The notes beneath the pieces were generated by a model, which ran no database searches, was not told where the DNA came from, and saw only the letters and a list, made by a program, of their open reading frames with translations. Below, one piece after another: positions 52,770 to 64,000 of a stretch of DNA of 64,000 nt (position 1 is the first letter of the stretch; each line of letters begins with the position of its first letter). Position numbers and translations under genes: made by a program. This stretch comes from Octopus vulgaris. Taxonomy: Eukaryota. Location of the stretch: positions 57,722,001-57,786,000 of the forward strand of contig OX597831.1 of NCBI GenBank assembly GCA_951406725.2. Reading direction: 5' to 3'.

Positions 52770-53270
52770 TTCTCTTCTACTCAATGCACAAGATCCGAAA
52801 TTTTTGGTGAGGGGGGGCAGTCGATTAGATCGACCCAGTACACAACTGGTACTTAATTCATCGACCCCGAAATGATGAAAGGCAAAGTAGACCTTGGTGG
52901 AATTTGAACTGAGAATGTAAAGACAGACGAAATACTGCTAAGCATTTTGCCTGGGGGTACCAATGTTTTTTTGTTTCTTTACGGCCCACAATGGGCTAAA
53001 CATAGAGGGGACAAACAAGGACAGACAAAGGGATTAAGTTGATTACATCAACCCCAGTGTGTAACTGGTACTTAATTTATCGACCCCGAAAGGATGAAAA
53101 GGCAAAGTCGACCTCGGCAGAATTTGAACTCAGAATGTAACGGCAGACGAAACACCACTAAGCATTTTGTCCGTTGTGCTAACGATTCTGCCAACTCGCC
53201 GCCGTAACAGACGAAATACTGCTAAGCATTTTGCCTGGCATACGAATGTTTCTGCCAGCTCACCACCTTC
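52770..53270 (-). mobile_element. Nested/tandem SINE family B copies
   Basis: Two copies of ATCGACCCCGAAAnGATGAAAGGCAAAG and repeated CAGACGAAATACTGCTAAGCATTTTG. Confidence 0.8.
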
Positions 53271-53304
53271 CAAAATCCATCAAGTTATAAAGAATAACAC
53301 TTAC

Positions 53305-53536
53305 TCATAAATTTCTTCTTGGCAAATGGAAACATAGAGGCATCAGAGATTGTAAAAACATTTCTTTCACTTGTTGTTTTAAGATGTGTCATTGCGCAAA
53401 GAAGCTGATCAGTCAAGAACTTTCTTTCAATTCCTTTTTTGTGTGATTTCAAGATTTTTTCGCTTTCCGTCTTTTTGTGTTTTTCTTGTCTTCTTCTTCT
53501 TCTTCTTCTTTTGCTATTTACTCTGTGCTTATTGAT
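53305..53536 (-). CDS. Candidate exon, possibly the upstream coding exon of the NHL gene
   Basis: Polypyrimidine acceptor tttttttcttacAG and canonical donor A|GTAAGT flank 232 nt of non-repetitive sequence. It is open in one frame (INKHRVNSKRRRRRRRQEKH...CAMTHLKTTSERNVFTISDASMFPFAKKKFM) and ends in phase 1. Confidence 0.5.
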
Positions 53537-53611
53537 CTGTAAGAAAAAAAAAAACCCAACTAAACTAAAAAAAAAAACTGTAAAATAGAAGACAACAAAT
53601 TGTGGTGTACT

Positions 53612-54048
53612 CTCTCTTTTACCCTTTTACTTGTTTCAGTCATTTGACTGCGGCCATGCTGGAGCACCGCCTTTAGTCGAGCAACTCGACCTCGGGACTT
53701 ATTCTTTTGTAAGCCCAGTACTTATTCTATCGGTCTCTTTTGCCGAACCGCTAAGTTACGGGGACGTAAACACACCAGCATCTGTTGTCAAGCAATGCTA
53801 GGGGTACAAACACAGACACACAAACACGTACACACAAACACATACACACACATATATATGTATATACATATATATACATATATACGACAGGCTTCTTTCA
53901 GTTACCGTCTACCAAATCCACTCACAAGGCATTGGTTGGCCCGGGGCTATAGTAGAAGACACTTGCCCAAGATGCCATGCAGTGGGACTGAACCCGGAAC
54001 CATGTGGTTCGTTAGCAAGCTACTTACCACACAGCCACTCCTGCACCT
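53612..54048 (-). mobile_element. SINE family A
   Basis: Full-length match; further copies at about 2940-3320, 8195-8545, 32030-32365(+), 34370-34660, 54115-54300(+), 55815-56725(+), 59870-60075(+), 63108-63695(+). Confidence 0.85.
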
Positions 54049-54420
54049 ATATCACACTCCTGTGTGATAGACAAATAAAAAAAAAGGTGGATGTTTTTTT
54101 TCTAGTCACATGTATAGGTATAGGTGTGGCTGGGTGGTTGTGATGTTTGCTTCACTACTGCGTGGTTTCAGGTCCAGTCCCACTGTGTGACACTTTGGGC
54201 ATATGTCTTCTACAATAACCCTGCGGTATTCACAGCCTCGTGAATGAATTTGGTTGGTGGAAACTGAAAGAAGCCAGCCATGTGTGTTGTGTGTGTGTAT
54301 ATATATATGATAAATGAAAGATGGAAGATAGAATACATGAGAATTTTTATTATTAATCATGACAATTGTTTCAACACATCTAGCATCTATCCCTCACAGG
54401 TGAGACACTTAACAACTGGT

Positions 54421-54453
<33 letters not shown>

Positions 54454-54456
54454 CAA

Positions 54457-54504
<48 letters not shown>

Positions 54505-54550
54505 GTATGTGTGTTTGTGTATAGGTTGTGTGTTTCTGTGATTATATGTA

Positions 54551-54604
<54 letters not shown>

Positions 54605-55278
54605 AATGTTGGTATATTTTTTCAATGTTCACAAACAACATGGAAAAAAATAATAAATAGTTACGAGAAGGGTAGCAAGAATTCACACAAGTACCAAGGA
54701 TGTAACAGCCTACTTAAAAAAGGTAGAAATTCCTGATTTTGGTGAAATGTTTCTGTATTACATAGATTAATAAATATATAAATGGAGTTTAATGCAGGTG
54801 TTATTCAAATCTTTACACTTCTGACATATGTTTTGGAGAAAACATTCGTATTATTCCAGAATTAATAAAATGACGTAAAATAATGAAATCTTCTCTTCAA
54901 ATTAGCTTGACAATGATATAATTAAAGCCAACTTTTTGGATATTACCCCTAAATTACATAATAATTCATATTTCCCATACCATAAACCCTCAACTAATTT
55001 AAAATATATTAGCTCTTTCAGTAATCACTCTATAGCTATTACAAAGAATTCAGTAGGAAATATTTCACTTAGACTTTCTAGATTAATCTGCTAATGTTGA
55101 TATCTTCAACGATAAAGCCAAATTTTATATCTCTGCCTTACTGAAAGCAGTCTATAAAGAAAAAATCACCTATATTAACCCTATTGACATTAATTCTAGC
55201 TCTATTAATCAGGACATGAAAATCAAGTTATGACAATATTAACAATATAAATTTTAGTTCAAATATATGTATGTATAT

Positions 55279-56000
55279 ATCATCATCATCATGATCCCCG
55301 TTTTCCATGCTGATATCGAGTGGACAGTTTGAATTGGGCTTCACAAGGCTTCAATTGTCTGTTCTGGCATGATTTTTATGGCTGGATGCCCTTCCTAATA
55401 CCATCCACCTCATAGAGTATGCTGGGTACTTTTAATGCAGCACCAGCACTGATATCAATACTGCTGTAGTGAGCAGGTCTTCTTGAGACCTGGTGTACGT
55501 ATAACTGTACAGTCATTCCTATGCCTATTATATATATATGTATCTTCTGTGTGTTAATGTCTTGCGACAATGGAAACTTTCATACAACCAAGATACCCTT
55601 GGCCTGATGAGTAGCCTGCAGCATACACCTCACTTGGATATTTACCACTTCCAAGGTTCCACTCACTATGAAACATATGTAACCCGGATCTTATCTACTC
55701 CATTCCATAACTCTTGTATTCTTATTCACATGCCTGGCAACCCAGGTTGCTGTCTGTGAAATATAAAAAGAATTTGTTTCCGCTTATCATTCTTTGATAC
55801 AAAAATATACACAACCACAGGAGTGGCTGTATGGTAAGTAGTGTGCTTACCAACCACATGGTTCTGGGTTCAGTCACACTGCATGGCACCTTGGGCAAGT
55901 GTCTTTTACTATGACCTTGGGCTGACCAAGGCCTTGTGAGTGGATTTGGTAGATGGAAACTGAAAGAAGCCTGTTGTATATATGTATATATATGTATATA

Positions 56001-56059
<59 letters not shown>

Positions 56060-56797
56060 TTATATTTGCCATCTCAATATGGCTAACCACTAAGGGTGGG
56101 TGTTACTGTAGCTTGTAGCCCCAGGAGAACATTTCCTCCAGCTGGCTATAGGCACACTTTCTGTGCCCTATTGGCATTTGCAAAGGGAGGTCATCCTTCC
56201 CTCGTCAACCTAAGTGATATGCACGGACTGCAGTTTCTGGGTATTGACCCGTCATCAGCTTACGACAATCAACGGTCTTCGTTGAAAGGAGTTGCCAAGG
56301 CAAATACTTATATCCTTTTTCCAGTAACTTTTCGTCACTGATCTTGAAAAAGTGTATACAAGCAATAATAAATCTCTGAACGAGGTATAAATAGTAACTG
56401 CATGACAATGTGAGGTATATTTGCCATCTCAATATGGCTAACTTCTAAGGGTGGGTGTTACTGTAGGTTGTAGCCCCAGGAGAACATCTCCTCCAACTGG
56501 CTATATATATACATATGTATGTGTGTGTATATGTTTGTGTGTCTGTATTTGTCCCCCGCAAAATTGCTTGACAACCGATGCTGGTGTATTTACGTCTCCG
56601 TAACTTAGCGGTTAGGGAATAGAGACTGATAGAATAAGTACTAGGCTTACAAAGAATAAGTCCTGGGGCCGATTTGCTAAACTTAAAGTGGTGCTCCAGC
56701 ATAGCTGCAATCAAATGACTGAAACAAGTAAAAGAGTAAAAGAACCTTCCGCCTCAGTAAACCATCTTCCTCCTACAACTACATCCTTGGATCTTAC

Positions 56798-56800
<3 letters not shown>
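55279..56800. repeat. Local segmental duplication, copy 1 (paralog at 62563-63800)
   Basis: ATCATGATCCCCGTTTTCC...GTTAATGTCTTGCGACAATGG...GAACCTTCCG...CCTTGGATCTTACATT present in both. Confidence 0.9.
56221..56263 (-). ncRNA. Hammerhead ribozyme motif inside a 355 bp direct-repeat-bounded element
   Basis: CUGAUGA-CGGGU[caau]ACCCA-GAAAC[UGCA]GUC; stem I imperfect (GUAAG/CGUGC). Confidence 0.7.
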
Positions 56801-56843
<43 letters not shown>

Positions 56844-57142
56844 ATAAAAGACTTCCAAGTAAGAAAGCGTAGTGCTAGGAAACACAAAAAGGGATAAATT
56901 CATGAAAGGAATGAAAATTAAAAACACTTACCATTTCAGCTAAATCCCAGACTGACCGGTTTCTACCTATTTTTAGTTTCTGCTTTCCATGCTAGCATGG
57001 GTTGGACTGTTCAACTGGGGTCTGGGAAGCCAGAAGGCTGCACCAGGCCCCGTCTGATCTGGCAATGTCTCTAATGACTAATTCGTCTTTTGTGCTAGGC
57101 CACTGGTAATAATAATTTATTTTATTACCCTATTTGATTATG

Positions 57143-57190
<48 letters not shown>

Positions 57191-57691
57191 GTGTACTGTC
57201 AAAACACCAGTCGTTTTTTTTCTCCATCTCTTGTTGCCCACTTTGGGATCTTTCTTTCCTCTCTCTTCCTTCTTTATGTTTCCGACGAAGAGCTCCGCTC
57301 GAAACGTCATACCTTCCTGCTTCCATATTTCCTGAGCGCCTATTAATAATAATACTGTAATTGTTCCACGTGTTGTTGTTTTTTTGTTTTCCCGTTTGGA
57401 TTAAAATTATATATATATATATATATATAACGGGAAGTTTTATGAAAATAGACAAAAGACGAAGGCAAGTTTACGGAAATAAACAAAAGACGAAGGCAGG
57501 TGGAATACAAACAAACAATTGTATTAGTATGGCGCTCAGGAAATATAAATAAAACAAGTCTTTAACGTTTCGAGCCTACGCTCTTCAACAGAAAGATACA
57601 CAGTTAATCCAAACAAGAAAACAAAAAAAACACAACAAAGCAAGGACGTGGAACAAATAAAGTATTATTGGACGCTCAGGAAAGAAGGAGG

Positions 57692-57726
57692 GTTTAACGT
57701 TTCGAGCGGAGCTCTTCGTCGGAAAC
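57692..57726 (-). ncRNA. Hammerhead-like motif with variant core CCGACGA
   Basis: GUUU-CCGACGA-AGAGC[ucc]GCUC-GAAAC-GUU-AAAC; related motifs at 43405-43439(+), about 57278-57313(+), 57560-57595(-), about 60305-60340(-), and degenerate near 34920 and 40640. Confidence 0.6.
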
Positions 57727-58009
57727 AGGAGAAGGAAAGATCCCGAGAAGGGAAGACAGAGGAAAAAAAAATCGCCGGTGGTACTCACGAGGTCACATAC
57801 TGGTGTGTGTGTGTGTGTGTAGTTATTTCGTGTTACACTAAGAAGTAGTATGCAGTACCAGAATTTTTGATTTGAGTTAAATATATGCCTTAAGTCAAGA
57901 AGGTTTATGTAATGGATGCATTTCATATTATATATTAGGCAAACTTAAAACATATGTATTAAATAATTTCAGAATGTCACTATTTGCTTTCACTTCATTG
58001 TTACAACTG

Positions 58010-58053
<44 letters not shown>

Positions 58054-58494
58054 AATTTTTAGGATGGTGTGTGTATATGTGTGCCCGTTTGTATGTGTGT
58101 ATGTGTGTGGTTAATGTTTTTTAGTGTGTTGCATGTGCGCTAGTGTGTGTGTATGTGTTTGTTTGTATGTGTGTCTGTATGGGAGTCAGAATGGTGTGAG
58201 TGTGTGAGTCTTTGTGTGTGTGTGTATATATATATACATGTGTTTGTGTGTGTGGGGGCCGTTTTTGATTGGTCCCAGGGTCCATTGTGGTGTAAATAGA
58301 TGTGTCTGTGTGTGTTTTTAAAATTTGGTAGGTTGGTGTGTGTATATGTGTGCCCGTTTGTGTGTGTGTATGTGTGTGTGTGGTTAATGTTTGTTAGTGT
58401 GTTGCGTGTGTGTATGTGTTTGTGTCTTGTATTTGTCGGGGAGGTGTGTGTCATTGTGTGCGTGTGCATGCTTGTGTGTATGTATGTTTGTGTA

Positions 58495-58529
<35 letters not shown>

Positions 58530-58601
58530 TTATGTTTGTGTGGATGTGATTTATATATTTCGGGGTGGTGTGTGTAGGTGTGTGCATGTCTGTGTTCACA
58601 T

Positions 58602-59012
58602 ACTCTTTTTACTCTTTTATTTGTTTCAGTCATTTGACTACAGCCATGCTGGAGCACCGCCTTTAATCGAGCAACTCGACCCCGGGACTTATTCTTTGTA
58701 AGCCCAGTACTTATTCTATTGGTCTCTTTTTGCCGAACCGCTAAGTGACGGGGACATAAACACACCAGCATCGGTTGTCAAGCAATGCTAGGGGGACAAA
58801 CACAGACACACAAACACACACACATACATATATATATATACATATATACAATTGGCGTCTTTCAGTTTCCATCTACCGAATCCACTCAGAAGGCTTTGGT
58901 CAGCCCGAGGCTATAGTAGAAGACACTTGCCCAAGGTGCCATGCAGTGGGACTGAACCCGGAACCATGTGGTTGGTAAACAAGCTACTTACCACACAGCC
59001 ACTCCTGTGCCT
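58602..59012 (-). mobile_element. SINE family A
   Basis: Full-length match to family A. Confidence 0.85.
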
Positions 59013-59390
59013 CACATGTGTATATATGTGTGAAAGTGTTGGTTATGGATGCTAAGATATTATTGCAAGTGTATATGTGCATGTGTTTTTTTTTCTGGGA
59101 TGTGTGAGGGTTTGTGTTCTAGTGTGAGGCTATTGTGTTTGTGCAAGTGTACTTGCGTCTGAGGTTGGCATTGTTTTTGTGTGTGTAGGATTTTGAATAT
59201 CTGTATGTGTCTCTGTGCATGTTTGTTTTGGATGTGTGCCTGGCAGGGTATGTTAGAATATGTTTAGTTGTCATCTGTATTTTTGAATAAGATTATTTTC
59301 CACTTGCACAAACACAATACTCTCTACTATAGACTCGGGCCAAAAAAAGGCTTGTGAGTGGATTTGGTACACGTTGTATATATGTATGTA

Positions 59391-59450
<60 letters not shown>

Positions 59451-59454
59451 TATG

Positions 59455-59527
<73 letters not shown>

Positions 59528-59781
59528 GTATATATATATGTATATATATATGTATATATATATACATATACACACACACACAAACACATGTATATGTGTA
59601 TATGTATATACACACACACACACAAACACATACTCAATACCAACCCACACAAAATGCATAAACACACACACACACATGCCACCCAGACAAACCCAATACA
59701 CATGGACACACATACGAACAAACACATACACACACTAGCGCACACGCAACACACTAACAAACATTAACCACACACAAACGG

Positions 59782-59825
<44 letters not shown>

Positions 59826-60567
59826 TTATATATATGTATGTATGTATGTATGTGTGTGTATATGTATGTGTGTCTGTGTTTGTCCCCCGCAACATTGCTT
59901 GACAACCGATGGTGGTGTGTTTACGTCCCCGTAACTTAGCGGTTCGGGAATAGAGAGCAATAGAATAAGTACTAGGCTTACAAAGAATAAGTCCTGGGGT
60001 TGATCTGCTCGACTTAAGGTGGTGCTCCAGCATGGCTGCAGTCAGATGACTGAAACAAGTAAAAGAGTAAAAGAACCTTCCGTCTCAGTAAACCATTATT
60101 GTTCCTGAAAGCTATTTTTCATATTTCCTACAGATTGCTTTAAGCCAAAGTCTTCCTACACCTCCATCCTTGGATCTTACATTTATATATATATATATAT
60201 ATATAACGGGAAGCTTTATGAAAATAAACAAAAGACGAAGGCAGGTGGAAAACAAACGAACAATTGTATTAGTATGGCGCTCAGGAAATATAAATAAAAC
60301 AAGTCTTAACGTTTCGAGCCTACGCTCTTCAACAGAAAGATACACAGAGAGAGAAAAACACAGAAAGAAGGAGAGAAAAAAAATGCGTGCAGTAGCTAAC
60401 GAATCAACAGTAGCTAACGAATCAACTATATATATATAGTTATTTCGTGTTACACTAAGAAGTAGTATGCAGTACCAGAATTTTTGATTTGAGTTAAATA
60501 TATGCCTTAAGTCAAGAAGGTTTATGCAATGGATGCATTTCATATTATATATTGGGCAAACTTGAAA

Positions 60568-61532
60568 CATCATCATCATCATTTAGTGTCCGTTCTCCAT
60601 GCTAGCATGGGTTGGACAGTTCAACTGGGGTCTGTGAAGCTGGAAGGCTTCATCAGGCCCAGTCAGATCTGGCAGTGTTTCTACGGCTGGATGCCCTTCC
60701 TAACGCCAACCACTCCGTGAGTGTAGTGGGTGCTTTTTACGTGCCACCCGCACAGGTGCCAGACAGAGCTGGCAAACGGCCACGAACGGATGGTGCTTTT
60801 ACGTGTCACCGGCACGGGGCCAGGCGAGGCTGGCAACGGACATGAACGGATGGTGCTTTTACGTGCCACCAACACGGGGGCCAGACAGAGCTGGCAAACG
60901 GCCACGAAATGGATGGTGCTTTTACGTGTCACCGGCATGGGGGCCAGGCGAGGCTGGCAACGGACACAAACGGATGGTGCTTTTACGTGCCACCAACACG
61001 GGGGCCAGACAGAGCTGGCAAACGCCCACGAAACGGATGGTGCTTTTACGTGTCACCGGCACGGGGGCCAGGCGAGGCTGGCAACGGACACGAACGGATG
61101 GTGCTTTTACGTGTCACCTGCACGGGGGCCCTGATGTTGATCAACCTTAATTTGGTTCTGCTTTCTGATATTTGGTTTGATTTTGATTTTGACTGTTCTC
61201 ACTGGTCTTGCCGGGTTTTCTCACACACAGCATACTTCCAAAGGTCTTGGTCACTGGTCATTTCCTTGGTGAGACCTAAAGTTCGAAGGTCATGCGTCAC
61301 CACCTCGACCCAGGTTTTCCTGGGTCTACCTCTTCCACAGGTCCCCTCAACTGCCAGGGTGTGGCACTTTCGCACACAACTATCTTCAGCCATTCTCATC
61401 ACATGACCATACCAGCGCAAACGTCTCTCTTGCACACAACAACCGATGCTTCTTAGGTTCAACTTTTCTCTCAAGGTACTTACACTCTGTCGATTATGAA
61501 CACTGACGTTACACATCCATCGGAGCATACTT
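60568..61532 (-). mobile_element. 5'-truncated RTE LINE (RT C-terminus, 3' UTR with tandem repeats, (GAT)n tail)
   Basis: [10 protein letters not shown]...VQERRLRWYGHVMRM...VEGTCGRGRPRKTW; interrupts a block that is intact at 57820-58010 and 63821-64000. Confidence 0.88.
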
Positions 61533-61691
61533 GTGGTGTGTATATATATGTATATATGTGTGTGTGTGTATATATATGTGTGTGTGTGTGTATATATATA
61601 TGTGTGTTTTGATTTGAGCTTCATTTCTTGCGAAACGTATGTATCAAATAATTTCAGAATATCACTATTTGCTTTCACTTCATTGTTACAA

Positions 61692-61745
<54 letters not shown>

Positions 61746-61753
61746 TTTTATAT

Positions 61754-61832
<79 letters not shown>

Positions 61833-62020
61833 CAGAAGAATGTGAGTTTGTCCTTCAATTGAATTTCAAATATCTTTTCTAAAGTCTTTTCCTTGCATTT
61901 TGCTTTTGAATTTACTTATATAAATTTGTATAGGTATGAAAACTTGCACTAAATGTATAAAGATTTAAATAACACCTGCCTTTAACGCCATTTATTTATT
62001 TATATATATATTTATTTACG

Positions 62021-62091
<71 letters not shown>

Positions 62092-62094
62092 CTC

Positions 62095-62520
62095 TCTTTC
62101 TCTTTTTCTTTACTTGTTTCAGTCATTTGACTGCGGCCATGCTGGAGCACCGCCTTTAGTCGAGCAAATCGACCCCAGGACTTATTCTTTGTAAGCCCAG
62201 TACTTATTGTATCGGTCTGTTTTGCCGAACCGCTAAGTGACGGGGACGTAAACACATCAGCATCGGTTGTCAAGCAATGCTAGGGGGGCAAAAACACAGA
62301 CACACAAACATATACACAAACATATACACACACACTTATATATATATACATATATACGACAGGCTTCTTTCAGTTTCTGTTTACCAAATCCACTCACAAG
62401 GCATTGGTCGGCCCGGGGCTATAGCAGAAGACACTAGCCCAAGATGCCACGCAGTGGGACTGAACCCGGAACCATGTGGTTGGTTAGCAAGCTACTTACC
62501 ACACAGCCACTTCTGCGCCT
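62095..62520 (-). mobile_element. SINE family A
   Basis: Full-length match to family A. Confidence 0.85.
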
Positions 62521-62562
62521 ATATATATATATATATATATAAAAAATATATGTGTGTATATA

Positions 62563-63284
62563 TCATCATCATCATCATCATGATCCCCGTTTTCCATGCT
62601 GATATGGAGTGGACAGTTTGAATTGGGCTTCACAAGGCTTCAATTGTCTGTTCTGGCATGATTTTTATGGTTGGATGCCCTTCCTAATGCCATCCACTTC
62701 ATAGAGTATGCTGGGTACTTTTAACGCAGCACCAGCACTGATATCAATACTGCTGTAGTGAGCAGGTCTTCTTGAGACCTGGTGTATGTATAACCGTACA
62801 GTCATTCCTGTGCCTATGATATATATATATTTTTTTTTTCTGTGTGTTAATGTCTTGCGACAATGGAAACTTTCATATAACCTAGATACCCTTGGCCTGA
62901 TGAGTAGCCTGCAGCATACACCTCACTTGGATATTTACCACTTCCAAGGTTCCACTCACTATGAAACACATGTAACCCGGATCTTATCTACTCCATTCCT
63001 TAACTCCTGTATTCTTATTCACATGCCTGGCAACCCAGGTTGCTGTCTGTGAAATATAAAAAGAATTTGTTTCCGCTTATCATTCTTTGATACAAAAATA
63101 TCCACAACCACAGGAGTGGCTGCGTGGTAAGAAGCTTGCTTACCAACCACATGGTTCTCGGTTCAGTCACACTGCATGGCAAGTGTCTTCTACTATAGCC
63201 TTGGGCCAACCAAAGCCTTGTGAGTGGATTTGGTAGATGGAAACTGAAAGAAGCCCATTGTATATATGTATATATATATATGTA

Positions 63285-63350
<66 letters not shown>

Positions 63351-63439
63351 ATGTATATTTGCCGTCTCAATATGGCTAACCACTAAGGGTGGGTGTTACT
63401 GTAGCTTGTAGCCCCAGGAGAACATCTCCTCCAGCTGGC

Positions 63440-63470
<31 letters not shown>

Positions 63471-64000
63471 GTGTGTATATATTTGTGTGTCTGTGTTTGT
63501 CCCCCGCAACATTGCTTGACAACCGATGCTGGTGTGTTTACGTCCCCGTAACTTAGCGGTTCAGGAATAGAGAGCGATTGAATAAGTACTAGACTTACAA
63601 AGAATAAGTCCTGGGGTTGATTTGCTCGACTTTAAGTGGTGCTCCAGCATGGCTGCAGTCAGATGACTGAAACAAGTAAAAGAGTAAAAGAACCTTCCGT
63701 CTCAGTAAACCATTATTGTTCCTGAAAGCTATTTTTCATATTTCCTACAGATTGCTTGAAGCCAAATTCTTCCTACACCTCCATCCTTGGATCTTACATT
63801 TATATATATATATATATATATAGTTATTTCGTGTTACACTAAGAAGTAGTATGCAGTACCAGAATTTTTGATTTGAGTTAAATATATGCCTTAAGTCAAG
63901 AAGGTTTATGTAATGGATGCATTTCATATTATATATTAGGCAAACTTAAAACGTATGTATTAAATAATTTCAGAATATCACTATTTGCTTTCACTTCATT
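62563..64000. repeat. Local segmental duplication, copy 2
   Basis: Near-identical to 55279-56800 followed by the 57820-58010 block. Confidence 0.9.

Noticed and set aside
55604-55615. CTGATGAG as a hammerhead core (also CTGACGA near 12630)
   Set aside because: No stem II followed by GAAA at a suitable distance
60729-61130. Regularly spaced repeats resembling a CRISPR array
   Set aside because: The spacers are themselves repeats, the context is eukaryotic, there are no cas genes, and the array is part of an RTE 3' UTR

Overview
AT-rich eukaryotic genomic DNA, most likely an octopus or related coleoid cephalopod (inferred from tRNA-headed SINE families resembling the octopus OK/OR-type SINEs and very dense (TA)n/(CA)n microsatellites). 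There is one clear host coding segment: a six-bladed NHL-repeat beta-propeller exon (15837..16981, minus). A phase-compatible candidate upstream exon lies about 36 kb away (53305..53536). The rest is mostly repeats: at least four SINE families; LINE relics (RTE, CR1-like, Jockey/I-like, Tx1/L1, R4/Dong, CRE); a Gypsy integrase relic; three Tc1/mariner elements (one DD37D); an hAT-like MITE; and a GGATC-terminated, 8-9 bp TSD (Merlin-like) MITE/foldback family with telomere-like TTAGGG cores. There are also many minimal type-I hammerhead ribozyme motifs in Penelope/retrozyme-like repeats, several long palindromes, and a tandemly duplicated/triplicated block at 55-64 kb. Most ORFs in the supplied track are microsatellite or SINE artefacts. 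All assignments are by eye; no database search was run.
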